DNA of 64,000 nt from Yuukianura sp. NJ FZ-2021 (Eukaryota): NCBI GenBank assembly GCA_046563655.1, contig CM102284.1, positions 4,526,001 through 4,590,000 of the forward strand, given 5' to 3'. The position numbers and the translations under genes were made by a program. The notes beneath the pieces were generated by a model. The model made no database searches. It saw only the letters and a program-made list of their open reading frames with translations, and was not told the DNA's origin. How positions within the stretch are numbered: the first letter of the stretch is position 1; each line of letters opens with the position of its first letter. Shown in pieces: positions 13,701-27,645 of this stretch.

Positions 13701-16700
13701 TGAATAGAACATGCAAACTTTCCCGCTTTCTAATCAGCACTAAAACACTTGTGCGGAAAAGTAATTGGGACGGTTGAGTGAGGAGTGACTTTAGTTAGTG
13801 ATTTATTGCATATTAAACGCAGAAATTCGATTTTCTAAACAAGAGTTATTCGTTTGTCCAATATTTCGGAATTTCGATTTTCAAAATTTCGAAATTATCT
13901 GCTAAAAGTTGGTGCGAAAGGCGCACACCGATTACTTTTTTGACGGCAAAACTTAGTAGTACATAAGTAACCTAGACTGTCCAGTTAGATTATTGAATGG
14001 ATTTGATTGAATGCAACCTAGCGATGGAAATTTTGACTTTTTTTTGAAAAAAGTTTTTTTGAAACTACTTTTTCGTTTTCAAAGTTCGTGTTTCACCCGG
14101 TCGGAAATTGTTTTTCTTTAGTTTTCTTTTTTTGAGGGAGCAAAAAAAAAGTCCGAAGTGGGAGCTTGGGAAAATGATGAATTGGTTTTGATGAGAGATG
14201 AGAAGCTGTGATAAAATGTTAGAATTTTGGGGGAAAGAAGTTAAAATATACTCAAAAAGTGAGTAATGGACTCTGGAAATTATGAATTTTGTGTCATACC
14301 CCCTTAAGGGACCGTTTTTCAAAAAATTTGTCTTGAAGATTGATTATGGAGAGACCCTTAAGTTTTATATTCCTTCTAGTGTTACTCGAGAATAACTCTG
14401 AAACGGAGGCGTCCTGCTTCCATGACCTCCGGGGACAAGATGTTCCTCTCAAAAGTTAAGGAGTGGAAGACAATTGATAATTAATATTTGCGTCATGTTC
14501 GTCGGACTTTGTGCTTGGCAGCTTCTGCGCATGTCCGTCTTCAAAATGATGGATGATGGTTGAAGGGCCGTTGTTTGAATTTTAACTGGAACCTCTACTT
14601 GTACTTGTTTTTGCAAAATAGAGTTGACAGGGTGGGAGGACTCGAGTTTAAACTGTAAGAATTGAAAAAAAGTTTTCAAAACTGAAAAAATCTACAGAGG
14701 GACGGTCCTTTGAGGACATTGTTCTAAGGGCCCTTAAACTGCTCCAACAAAAGTTTCAAAAGGAAACATTTCTTTTGGTTTTTCTTTAAGTTTGTATGTA
14801 AACTCCGTAAGGGTCGTAGTTTTTCGAAACTTTTTTTTTTGAAAATTTCCTTAAGGCAGAGTCCCTTCCTGTGGTTTGATGGATTACCTTCTGAAGCATG
14901 GCTTTTTCGGTCTTAAGGGCTCTTGTCCCTTGGGGGGTTAGTGAAAATAGAGGTCAGAATCGTATAATATGGCATGGTTCAGTGGAAGAGCCAAAGTAAG
15001 CCTAACCTTAAGTCTCCCTTAAAAGGTGTGGCCACTGCCTATGGTTCCCTAATTGTAGTTGATTCTTGGACTTACTCCCTGGTGCGTAGTGTGGGGCTGA
15101 GGAGAGGGAGAGGGTGGGGCCGGTGGAACCTTCTTTGACTTTGACTTGAATCCGAATGCGGAAGAAGTTCGCCTCGGAGAATTCCGAGTCCATCCGAGTT
15201 CTAGCGGAATTGGTTAAGGTTAGGCTAGGTTAACCTAACCATTTGGTGGGTAAAGCCATTTGCCTTGACGCTTATTTTAAACAATGGACCATTTTCTTCA
15301 GAAGTCATAAAAGATTTGGAGGGGTTGGAGTCCTATTTCAATTTCCCTTTGTTTTTTCAAAACGAAGAGAAGCATGTGAGCTGGAGTTACCAACTGAGAA
15401 AAATATGGCATAATATTTGAGTAACTTGGGCCTGGTGGTTACTGGTCTAATGGTTACTAGTAACCATTCGTAGGAAGTTACTTACTACGAGGTTGGAGAG
15501 AAATGGATCCTTGTTTCCTTGGCTGAAGGACCAAAATGTTAGGCTAGGTTTTGGTACTTTTTAACAGCCTGCCCTAAACGATGGCTCCCTTTGTGGCTCT
15601 AACGTCGTCAAATGGAAATAAAAGTTGGGTAACTGGAGACATACCGTTCCACTGTTTTCTTTTTTGTTCCTGAAGTTAGGCTTGGTTAGGCTAAAGCTAA
15701 ACCTGAACCTAAAAAGGTGCAGCAACTCAACCGAATCGGAATCATGACTTTTGAAATTCTGGACAAAATTGAAATAAGGTGCAAGGGAATGGAGGAAAAC
15801 CAATTTCTCCATCCGTGACGAAATTTATGAAGTTCTAAACAGAAATGACCTAGGGACGCGCAGGCACACTGAAAACCTCATTTGAAAATGGATTGAATTT
15901 CTAAATGAGGGTTGATTACTGCGCAAGTTCCCGCCTTTTTTCGACCAGTCCAAACTCCATTTTTCATTGAGTAATTTATGCCTTCTGCTTTATCCTGATC
16001 TCGTTTTTTTATGTGTTCTGTGGTCCACAGAAGATCATCGACACTTAGGAAGGAAGGAGCAAGGGCCATGGCTATTTGTTGGATAAATTTGAGAGGGTTG
16101 CCAAATAAATTACCATGAAGTAATGGCGTTATGAACTGATTTGAGAGTGAAAAGGAAGATGAGGCCTAGGAGAGAAGGAGTTTACAATTAAAAACTGTTC
16201 CTTGACTACTCGTAAATCTCTTGTAAAGTTCAGCCTCATAAAAATCACCTCCTCCTTAAGTTAAGAGGAAACATAACCTAAAGGACTGTCTGCAGTTTTG
16301 AGTTCGTGCTGAGGATTATGGTGAACAAAGTGCAGAAAATAATATTTTATTGCTCAAACATTTAGGATGCAAACAGATCTTTCATGATCTTTAGACGGAA
16401 GATGATTTAGGAAAACAAATGAGAGATAAATGAGGGAAGGGAATTGAACCTAATTCTTGTCAAAATTCCACAAGGACCACATGACTTATGGTTTTTATGA
16501 GCAGCAATTCAGTGCAATTCAACATAGGTGTGAAAACTACCACCTTTAGCAGGGAGAATTTCGAAAATGTTGAATTCTAGATTTTGATTTTTAAATGATA
16601 AGAGTAGAGGCCCTTAAAATAGCTGTGAAACATGGGGGGCCCTTGGAAATTCAGAAAAATAATTTGAGCAATAATAATTTTTGAGTTGTGAGAACGGTGT

Positions 16701-19700
16701 CGGGATTACAATTATTTAAATATTGTTGATGAGGATTAAGGGGCCCTTTAAGGGCTAAAATTTGAATTTAAATAGGCTAGGTTATGTAATTTTTTCTTAG
16801 TATTTAAAGAGTACTAGAAGTGGTGGAGAACTATTCTCTAAGGAGCCGTAGACGGTGTATAGTTTTTACGCTTATAAATATTTGGACGTTAAGGACTGCA
16901 AGGGGGTCAAAAGAGCAAAATTTTATGGTTGTGAAATGTTGACAAACGGATCATCGTATAAGTGTTGGCTGAGAGCCAAGACTGTTGATGTTGCGATTGT
17001 TTGAAAGTTTTAATCGTAAATTGCAAATGCATCATTTTGGAAAAAAAGTGAAGTCTCTGGGGCATGAGGGAGTACTTTTGGATTTTGAGGAAGAAAATAA
17101 AGAATTTACGATTATGAGGGGATCTCTGTGAACAAGCACAGAAGAGAGTAGTAAAAGACTAAATCAGGTTCAGAGTTTTTATTGTGAACAACGGGGGAAC
17201 TCGGTTTTGTTTAAAACAAAGAAAACTCTAAAGATTTTTAAAGTTTTATTTTAGCAGATGCCTACTGCTGCTTTGACGTAGTAAAAAAGAGTTGAACTTA
17301 AAAAAGTCCCACAGTTTGGGACTATTTTGACTTTTTCATGTGAATTTTTGTTTTCTTTTCTACTCTTTTTTTGAAGTCATTTGCATTGTCATTTAGTTTG
17401 ATTGAAATTCAACAACGAAAAAAATAAGCTAACTTCAGTCGCTTTAACTGCGATTTTTTTTTAGCACAGTTAGGTTTTCAATTGTTCCGGAAAGCCAACT
17501 TTTCTTCAGTGGATTTTGAGTAGAGTTTGTGACAATTTTTTTTTCCGCAGCAGGGAACTTTTTCAAGTTTTCTGAAGTTACGCAACGTTTTTTCCCCTTA
17601 TGTTTTGCCCGTTTTTTGTCTGAAATGAATGGAAAGCAGGAAATATTTTTTTCGGTGCTAGACTAAACACTAAACACAGTTAAAATTTAATGGCGATTGG
17701 GCTTCAGATTTTTTCGATACATTTTGAAATGACGTGAAATCTTAATGTGTTGACTAATCTTAATCGAAGGGATTTCGTGCCTTTATTGCAAAGTCATCAA
17801 AAATTTGCCAGTGCCAACCATGTTTTGCTTTTGCAAATTGACACTTTTAGCATTTATGGGCAGAAGGATGATGTGATAGATTGGGTGGTCTGCTCGTCAC
17901 AGTTATTGCCAATTTTTTTTTGCTAAAATGTAAACAACCAATTGGGAGTTCTGGACAGATAGCAGTTTTTAGCAAAAACATTTAGCAAAATCGTTGTGCA
18001 AAAACATAAGTGTCAGGCTAGAAGCACTTCCGCTGAGGATGAGCAAGAACGGTTAATGGATTTCAGTAGTTTGGAGTTGTCCTATGCAATTGTTAAGTGG
18101 GTGTGAGAGAGTTTTAAAGTGGATTTGGAACACAATGGAATGGATGTATTTGATTATTATTCCAAATTGCAAATATCTCAAGTGTAGTTAGTCTCCTTTG
18201 TTCTCTTCCGTTCGAATTGTGTCGTACGTCCATTTGTGTGAGGTTTAACGATGCCGCCGCAGAAGCCGCCTTTGTTTTATGTAGTAGGCTTAATCTTATC
18301 AATCGCTTGACGCTGGGAAGCTTACTGGTGTCCAGAAGCAAATTTACAAGGACCGGATTTTGTGAATTTTTTCTGAAATCAAAATTTCAAAAAAAAAATG
18401 TTATGGGAGGACATGGAATGCTCAATTGAATCACTCTGAACCTAACGTGCGAAAGTAAATTTGAGTGAAAGGGGTGAAAAGTGACATAGGATCGCCCGGA
18501 TTTTTGTAACTCGAAACTCCTTTCTCTTGTAACGTCGAACTCAATGCACTTGACAGGTTGAAAAGGTGTCATTTGTCGTACCATCGAACACTAATACCAA
18601 CAAACCTTGCTTTACCTAACCCTTTCATGCGTCATTCAACCTAACATAACCTTAACCTAACGTAGGCTTAACCTATTGTGTAAGACCTCTTCAAACTGTA
18701 CGGGCTGTTGCTTCTCTGGATTGGATTTCATGTTTTTAATTTGAAGGAAAAGTGGGGTTCGTTACACGTTACACGCAGAGACACAAAATAGAAATTCTAT
18801 TCTTCTTTTTCGTTTAAAAAAATGTTTACCTGTTCTGAACACAAGTGAGGAGACAAAAAGTTTTTGGAATTGACATTTCTGGACTTTGGATTACTTTTTG
18901 GTCCATTTGAGTTGTGAGTGATTTGAAAATGTGTTGATGATAGTTGTGTCGTCGCCAGAAATGGATCTAGACTTGACGAGATCATTTCCAGGTTGAAGGG
19001 ATGAGAGAATGAGATGCATTGTTTTCCAGATGAAAAGTACAACTATGAAGATGATTTTCATTTTTGAGTTGAACAAAAGTGATTGGTTGATGGGCAATCA
19101 GGGAAGAAGAAGACAAAGGAGAGGAATTTTCAATTGTCTCTGTCGATTCTATTCCTACCTTGGCTGGATGTCATCTCATCTCGCGTGTTCGTCGTCTTTT
19201 CTTTTTTTCCGTATCATGTTGAAGCACTTCGAATCAAGTCGAATCCCCCCGTGGGGTTTGCCTTGTCTAACTAGATGAGAAACGACAAGTTTTCTCCATT
19301 GGAAAGTATCTGACTAACCTTAAGTTAGGATCTTAACCTAACCGGAGTCACAGTTCTTTTCCTTGGAGAGTTTTAGATTTAGGAAAAATCCACTTTCCGA
19401 TTTTAAAATTTTAGTACTCTAGCCTAATCTGAAACCTAAAACTAAATCTAACCAACACAAAGCGTAACTTTATTTTACTTTTTGTTGGTTTAATCCAAAT
19501 GTTATGCTTCAGAGGGAAAGTCTAAACATATACCTTTTACCTTTAGTTCCTACACTACATAAATTCTGCAAAACTATGATGTGTTTTTGACACATAAATT
19601 TTCAAGAAAATATAAAAATTCAATGGTGTTTTAGAATTTAGTTTTAAGCACTGTAGGTTTTACGAATGTTTAGGCTAGGTACTAGCCTAGGTTATGAATG

Positions 19701-21522
19701 TTGGTGTTCACCAACCCATTCAAAATTCAGGTGAGGATTGACAGGTAGAGTGTGTTGTGGTGTTAATGATATGATTTGGGCTCTTCCTGTTTTTGGGTTG
19801 TGATAATGGAAGTATTTGTAAATGTTGAGTTAGGACGTTATGTTGTTTGATGTATGATGGTTTCGGAGAGCGCGAAGAATTGACGTTGGACTTCGGAGGG
19901 GAGGGCGTGCCTAATGACTGCACAATGGCTTCACAGCAGGTTCAACGTTTTCTTCATTCCGAATTTCCAAACTTCTTTTGTACAAGTAACCCTGAAGGAG
20001 GGAAATTTTTACGAGAGTTGACCCATGCCTTCCAGGACCAAAAGCCTAAAGAAGAGAGTTACGGAATTAACGAGCGTCGAATGTTGACCCAGCCTCGGTT
20101 GGAATTGAAAAGTTTATTTTCCATTGTTGTTTCAGTTTCTCTGGAATTCCTTAAAGAGAAACGCATAAAATTGTACAATTTTCTCCGTTTATTGTTAAGG
20201 CATCAGGCAAAACAGGGTATGACGTTTCTTGGCCAAGGTTATGGCTGTTGGAAAAGAAAATTTTCGAAAAGAAAAATTGTAAAAGGAGAAAGTTTCCGGA
20301 ATTGAATTTTTTTTTGGTAATTTTCAATCGAGGCGTTTGAATTTCTCGGAGTTTGCTTTGCTGATGCCAAATTTTGATGATCAGCAGGAACAGAAGCCGC
20401 AAGCTGCGATGTGACCTCAACGACCTCCTTTGTGACGAGTTGAACGTAAAACAAATTGTGAGTCGTTGATTGTAGGTGAATTTGGCAGTGCATCGGGTTC
20501 GATTGTCGCTTCAAGCCAATGTCGTCTGTCATTGTCATGAGTGTCACTGTTAGGGACGTTTGGTTAAGATTTCTGTGACTGTGGCTCTCAATTGCTGTCC
20601 TGACAGATTCAGGCAGAGTAATCGCAGACTGGACTGGCAGGTTTAGAATTTTAGCATCCAACTGCTAAATCAAATGGTTTTTCTTGTGGTGGACCAAAGA
20701 CGCATGAAATAGTGAGAGAGTGGCTGAAGGTGAGGAGGATTGCATGCGGAATATCTAATTGCCTCACCTTGGCAGGTGACAGAGCGTCAAAAACTGGTCC
20801 CTTCATCTAATTCAAAGTGACTCTGTGGTGTCATCTTCACCAGAGACTGGTTGGAGGAATGATGGAACAATTATATGGTGCCTTTAAGCAGGCTTCATGA
20901 CTTCAATCTCACTTCATCTCCAACGCCTCTTCTTCATCTTCCATGTAACCATAAGAAGTGTCACGGAAAATGAAGATGAGTGGAGTCGTAATCGTGATGG
21001 AACTGAATCTGTGAACCATGACCAACTGAAAGTCACTTGGCCACGTCGTCCATTGTCCCACTCTTTTAAAGTGTACTTGAAGAAAGTGGAGATAACAAAT
21101 ATTTGAAAACCACAACAAATTTTCCAGAAGACAAAGTTTTTGAAATCTTTCAATTTAGTGGACTCAAAAAAGTCGTAGTCATTGTCCAGAAACATTGTGT
21201 CAACAGAGTGGAACAATGTTGACAAGTTTGTCGAATTTTTTATGGGAAGTTTATTGCATCTCGAAAATTGTCAAGTTTTTTTTTACTGCAACTTATGAAG
21301 TGGAAATTCTGAAATGCGGATTCAAAAGCCGAGACAAGTTTTAACAATTTTAAGTTTTAACTGTTTATTATGTGCTTAAATGACCGGGAAAGAGAAAGGA
21401 GAATAATAAACCGGTTGTAAACCGCCCATACTGATAATAGCGAAGCAATAGGCCCCCGAAGGATCTGGGTTTGTTAACGGTTTTCTGCCTTTCACCTTCA
21501 GGGGAGTGGGGGTCGCTTAATT

Positions 21523-21678
21523 TCCCCACTTTCCCGGAGCCTTAAACGGTGAGTAGGGGTGTGTTTTCCCGCTTTCCCGCCCCCCCCCCGGGGTAGTGGG
21601 GGTGCGTTTCCCCCACTTTCCCGCCCCCCCCCGGAGTAGTGGGGGTGTGTTCCCCCCACTTTCCCGCCCCCCAGGGGG
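21523..21678. repeat. GC-rich ~43-bp degenerate tandem repeat (CCCCACTTTCCCGCCCCCCCCCGGAGTAGTGGGGGTGTGTT), about 3 copies
   Basis: Visible repeated units with C/G homopolymer runs inside the DINE-like element. Confidence 0.85.
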
Positions 21679-21681
21679 TTT

Positions 21682-21991
21682 TGACAGGTGAGACGTGACA
21701 GCTGAGGCGTGACAGGTGACACCCGGCAAGTGACACTTGAGGGTGGCAGGTGACACGCGGCACGTGACAGGTGACACCCGGCACGTGACAGGTGACACCC
21801 GGCACGTGACAGGTGACACCCGGCACGTGACAGGTGACACCCGGCACGTGACAGGTGACAGGTGACACCCGGCAAGTGACAGGTGACACCCGGTATGTAA
21901 CAGGTGACAGGTGACACCCGGCAGGTGACAGGTGACACCCGGCAATCAACAGGTGACAGGTGACACCCGGCAAGTGACAGGTGACACCCGG
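21682..21991. repeat. Minisatellite, ~21-bp unit CAGGTGACACCCGGCACGTGA with 7-bp ACAGGTG insertions
   Basis: Directly visible tandem array; it explains the repetitive ORFs at 21498-21998. Confidence 0.97.
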
Positions 21992-22408
21992 TGGACACAG
22001 TGCATGAGTGTGTAATGTGTATATGTCAACTGCGTAATAAATTTTTTGCTAAGCAGAGAATCAAAGCCCATGCCAATTGCCTTTCCAGTCTCACAACCAG
22101 AGTTTTTTTTACCCACACTTGCATTACAAATGACCTTTAAAATCGATTTTGACCCGGAAGCAGGTGACCTAGGGTCACACATTACACATAAAAATTGTTC
22201 CCATCGATGAGATGAACAACTTTTGTAGAGGTCATTTTCCATGTTACCGGGATGAAACCGGTTGACCTTGACCTTTGACCCGGAAGGAGTTGACACACGG
22301 GGGTCATATTCAATAGTGAATAGGTCCGGGTCATGACATGGTCACTGGTCAAAACCCGGTTGAAATTGGTCCAATAGTTCCGGAGAAAATCGTTCTAATG
22401 TTTTCCGG

Positions 22409-22436
22409 GACAGACAGACGGACGGACGGACAGACA
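22409..22436. repeat. (GACA/GACG)n microsatellite
   Basis: gacagacagacggacggacggacagaca. Confidence 0.95.
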
Positions 22437-25400
22437 AACCTCTTTTATCATAATAGCTTCGCTATTATAATAAGTGGCGTACGTAAATGAAATGAATGTC
22501 AGTTTTTTGTTAAAAAGTAAAATTTTGAATTATGATTGAACGTTTTTTAAGTTGAGTTTGAGGATTGAGCATAATTGTTTTGTCAATGTTCTTCGTTGTT
22601 TTGTTAAGAATGCATGGGGAGACGAGGAGAGAGACAAGGAAATGGAGTCATTTGTTCTGGTCGACAAAGTTTTAAGTTGCTAAATAAGTGTAAAGTGAAG
22701 ATGGTTTTCTTATGAAGGGAAGCGAGTGACACAAGTTTGGCCCGCGACGAAGTTTCTGACATCACCATTTACATTTGTGAAAATTTTTCATAAAAATTCT
22801 GCTGTTTTGTGCTGGCGGAGCAGGGACTAGCCAAAATGTCGCTTTTGTCGTCCTGCGAAAGTTACTTGACAAATTCATAAAAATTCATAAACATTTTGCA
22901 TTTTTCCAAATGTCAGCGGCTAATTCACCGACAACTTTTTCAAACTGAAGGGTAGTAATTTCATTTTGCATTTTTGATTCTCTGCCGCCTGTTTTTTTGG
23001 TTCTCAGCAACAATGCAATTGCAGGCGCTCAATCAGATGAGTAGTTAAGACGCGGTTTAAGGTTGCTAGATGGCTGTGTAATTGTTGTGGGAATGGCTCC
23101 AGTTTTTTTCTGGAAGTAAATCTGGAAGTCTGGAATGGAATAATAATTTGAGGGATGCAATGAAGTGGAAACATTGAATTGTTGTGCCATTGGAATCAAA
23201 TGAGGCAATTGGGAAGCTAGAATGTAGCTGATTCCACCTGTCTTACGCATTGTACCAACTAGGGAGAAGATGTAATTAAGAAAACAATGGGAGAAAGCCC
23301 AGGGGAGGAAAGCCACTGGATCTGAATCTGCTCGAAATTCCTCCATCAGAGTAATTGACTAGTCGACTGAAGCTTGTTTCAAATAGGGCAAAAAAGAATT
23401 AGGAAAAATAATTAGACGTGGAACTGCCGCGGAGAACTGTCAGGGGAGTTGACATGACTTCGAAAAAAAGAGAAATTGAGAGAAAAAGTAGAGAAATGCG
23501 GAAGAAAATAAGAGAGAGAGAAATCTGGAGAAAGAAGAGAGAAATTTTGGTGAAATTTTGAATGAGAAAATTCAAATTTCAGTTTTTCTGTGAAAGTGAA
23601 CCTAAAAGGATTGGAGAATTTTTTAGAGATGAGGAGCGGTTTATGGAGATGATGCGGATGAATGTAGTATTTCCGGGGAGAAAGGAATTCAGTTTTTGGA
23701 TTTTTTTTTTGAAATTTGGTTTTTCGGAAGTTTTTTCTTAGGTAATTGGTAGTGTCTCGTTGGATTAATTCCGTAGCTTCTTCGTTTTGGTGAATTAGGA
23801 TTAGTGAGAAAAAAAATTGAATAAGGTGGGTTGGGCCGGGTAATTACTTGAACGAGATGGGTTGGTTCACCCTAGTCTTCAACTGCTTTCAAATTATAAT
23901 GCAATTCCATCAAGGTGGGATCCCACCTTCCCACCTTTCCTATTCCATTATTATGACGACCATGGAATCTCTGGTTATAACTTGGACTAGAGAACAATGG
24001 AATCACAAGATTCACGGCATCTTTTGGCACACCCGCCTGCAAAAGAACCAATAGAATTTATAATTCTACATTTATGATATTTTATTCATTCCAGTTCCCC
24101 AATAAACTTCTGTTTCCTGACAATAAGTTTGAGAGGCTAGAGGCAAAGCACACTCTTTAGATTAGTCAGAACAGTCCTAAATCTTTGGGATTTTTACCAC
24201 CAAAAACCAGGATTCAATTTACAATAAGTACCAGATCATATAACAAAAGCAAAACAAGTGAAGCCCGCACCTCTTGTGCTAACTTTTGTTATGAGTTTTT
24301 TTCTGGTTTGCAATTTATGAGTGGGGGATGGGGTTAGAATTGTTGGAGTTTGGCAGTGAATTGGAAAATCAACTCGTGTGGCGTCTCTTTTCTTGTTAAC
24401 TTGTTAACTCATGCTGTGATTTTGGTTGCATTGTTACTGTTTAACCTCCAGGATTTGCGTAGGAGGATTCAAGAATCAGGATTTTAGCAGCAGAGAAGAT
24501 TTGAGCAAAAGATGAGTTGGGGAAAAACAATTGTTCAAGTTTTTGGTTCTAGAAGTATGTGGGATTGGAGGAAACAGAATTAACTAAAATTTGATTAAAA
24601 ATTACTAAAACAAGATTTCAAACTTTTTTTTTGTTTCGTTAAACTTCATTTTGTGTACGAAATTGTCGAAATTTACCAATTTACTAATATAGTGCTTGTC
24701 GTTTGTCAATTTGATAAAAGAATGACAAGAAGTCAGATCGTCTGCTATTATTAATTCAGAAAAATGATGGATTGTCTCCTGCCGTTTTTGAAACTTTTGA
24801 AACCTTCATGCAAAAGAAGCAACACAAAATCGAAAAATTTGAGCGGTGTTTTGTGATGTTTTCGTCCGAGATGTTTCACGTTTCGTAGTTTCTTCCTTTC
24901 TTTATTTTTTTTCTTCTTTGATTTGGTACAACATGGTTTGCAATTTTAAAAATAATTTTCATTGTCTTGCTTTTCATTTAATTTTTTGTGATTTTTTTTT
25001 CTATGGTGGTACTTGAAAAGCCAGAGTTGAAACGAGATTTGTTTTTTGGTTTGCAAGTGTGGACCAGATGTAATAGTTTTTGGAAGTCGAATTTTCCATT
25101 TTTCTGAGAAGGAGGCAATTTTGGAAACCTTTTGCGTTGGACGATGTGCGTCATGACTGCGTGTTTCTTTGGAAGTTTTTGGTGTTCTCTTTGCGTACAA
25201 ATTGGAGTTTGTGTCTCAAGCGTAGAATTTGTGTCGTTTTGGTTAGTTGAAGTACCAAGAATAATCCCCGGGTATTACAAACTACGACGTCGCTCTCCCA
25301 CCACTGCTGCCGTCGCTCTTATTATTTTTGGGCTTCCCCTCCTGTTGAGCCGCTTTTGTCAGAGTATCATGAACCGATTTGGTTGCCATTAGGCGGGTCA

Positions 25401-27645
25401 CAAGGACTCCAAAAAAAAGTCGGGTGACATGACGAGGGACTTCCCGCCCTTTTGTGTCCCTGTCAACTGTGGGCTGGGGCTGATTAAAAAACTTTCTCCT
25501 AATGACATCATCTCTTGCGGCTTCCACAAGGGGAAAGCAGCTCTGCAGGATTCATGCTGTGCAGTGTGTTTTTTAATCTTAGCTTAAAAAAGTGTTTTTT
25601 TTTTTTCAAAATGTAACATGACATTTTGAAATTTGTGTTACGAATTAATTGTGAAGTGATAAAATCGTAAATTTTTTGAATTTCTCCATGCCGGAAATAT
25701 AATTTTCAAAACGTCTATAATTGGTAGTTTTGTTATGTAGTTAACATTTTCCACTGACTTTGATGAGTACTTGAGCTGTTGATTTTGGATTAAATAAAAT
25801 TTCGAAATTTGAGAATTTTCGAAAAATGAAGTTTTAATTTTTTAAAAGGAGGAGGATTGCAGATTTTTGTGAGATGAGACTGTACTGAAATATGACATCC
25901 GGATGTGGAAATTGGTTTTCTGGATCCCTAAGGAGTTAGTGGGGGCCCTTGAGAGCACTTGTGCAATTTCCCATTAGTGGAGACTCCAAAGTACCCTCCC
26001 TGGATTCTCATGTCATTGTGAACTTACGAGTACAAAACTTGAATACTTGAAGGAAGGACCGACTCGTGGAGGTTGGTCTCTATGATTTAATAATTGTGAA
26101 TGAATTGGTTCATTTGAGCATAAGATGAGATGAATTACATGGTTCTGGTTTCACATCTTCTTGAGAAAGGGTTGTAGGTTCGATTCTGGGCTCCAGCAGA
26201 AGTGGAAATGTGACCCTCATCCGGTCCATGGAGCTTCTGAATTGGATCATGTGTAGGGAGAGACTTAAGGGTCCCTCGAGAACAACTGAACTGAACGAGC
26301 CCTTCCTCTTGAATTACTTGGAACTGTGTGAAAGGATTGAGGTTAAGGGAAGATCAAATTAATAAGGAAGCACAATCTCCTTGGAAAACTGATCTCCCAC
26401 TTAAGTTTGTTCCGCTTTTGAACAGACGCAGAAATTGGATTTGGGGAAATTAGGAAGAAACGATCGAAAAGAAGCTTTGTCCTGACAGAAAGGGATTTTG
26501 AAAGTTCCAAAGAAATTTTGACAGGGAGGAGGGACTGGACAATAAAAATTTTGAGATGATCTTGTAAGGAGGAGGCGGTTAGAAAAACAAGATTTTTCTT
26601 CTAAACCCTTCCGCTCTGTCTGTTGAGTCGTAAAATTTTGAAAAACGAAAATAGTTTTCTTTATAACTGAAATTTTTAGAAATGGAATTTAAAAAAACGA
26701 GAGGTTCAAAAGGTAGTGAATTAATTTGGTTTTTTGAAGCGTTTTTTGGCACAAGAACCAGATGCCTCTTTGGAGGATGCGAGAAGGAAGAAGATCAAAA
26801 GACATTTTGTCACCCTGCGTTTTGAATGAATGAACGAAGCGGAAGTTTTGAAAAAAGGAAACGGGAAAATTCCAACTTTTTCGTTTTTTTGTAGCGTTTT
26901 TCGGTTTTTTCTTGTCTCTGGCAGAGGAATAGAAAAGTATTTTTGAAAGAGTAACAATAATAAAAGTACTGCTGTTTCATCCATTGGTTCGCTCGGATGA
27001 ATTTAGAAAGGCGTTGGGAGTGAAAATTTGCAGAAATTTCGGCGGAGGCTGAGGATTAGTTGGGTGCATGCTTTCGTTCTTTTCGAAAATTAACGCCTTC
27101 TCTGTAAAATAGTCAACTGCCACTAGATAGGAGAGGGTGTGAGGCAGGAGAAAGTTCAAAGTGAGCCTTAATTTTCCTACTGTTTGATCTCTCCTTTCAT
27201 CTTCTTTTTGGCCTTAAAAGTTCGTTTTGGGGGAAAGATGAAGAAGAGCGGGAAAAAATAATATTTGTGTTTCCTAATTTCTCAGCTTTGTTTTCCCCCG
27301 TTCAAAATTTACTTTTACTTTTTCAGTTTCACTTTGATGATTTTCGGAAAGTTGGAAAACTGTTTTAGCATCACATTCATGGGGCAATTTATTCAAAAAA
27401 GTTTTGACTAATCAAAAAAAAAATTGAGGAAAGTTTTCTCTTTTTTTCGTCGTTGTTAGAAAGTTGGTTTAGAAATGAAAAGTTTCGCGCCGTTCGGAGA
27501 AAAAACGAGTTAAATTTTGGTTGAAAATTTTTTCTTGTTATTAGATTTCTTTGATTGTTCCGCTTTTTTGAGTACGATTATTGAAATTAATTGTTTCAGT
27601 GTAGTGTAAGTGAAATTTTAGAAAATTTTTTGAAAAAAATTGTGT

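Larger units (their letters stand above)
21409..22470 (-). mobile_element. Non-autonomous Helentron-associated element (DINE-1/HINE-like)
   Basis: 13-bp subterminal inverted repeats ATAATAGCGAAGC (21434-21446) / GCTTCGCTATTAT (22456-22468). The right one is part of the hairpin ATAATAGC-TTC-GCTATTAT. There is a (GTCY)n microsatellite on the minus strand, central tandem repeats, a terminal hairpin CGGTT-GTA-AACCG (21412-21424) and A/T-rich ends. No coding capacity. Confidence 0.8.

Noticed and set aside
19847-20305. 152-aa + strand ORF in the large intron
   Set aside because: No recognisable domain, intron-like composition and no convincing in-phase splice sites.
21682-21991. CRISPR-like appearance of the regular repeat array
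   Set aside because: Units are contiguous with no unique spacers, there are no cas genes, and the context is a eukaryotic intron.
21498-21998. Three overlapping minus-strand ORFs of 142-166 aa with GCHLS/VTCR repeats
   Set aside because: They are translations of the minisatellite; stop-free in several frames because of the repeat, not because they encode protein.
23464-23545. Purine-rich GA tract
   Set aside because: Simple low-complexity sequence with no periodic unit or other support.
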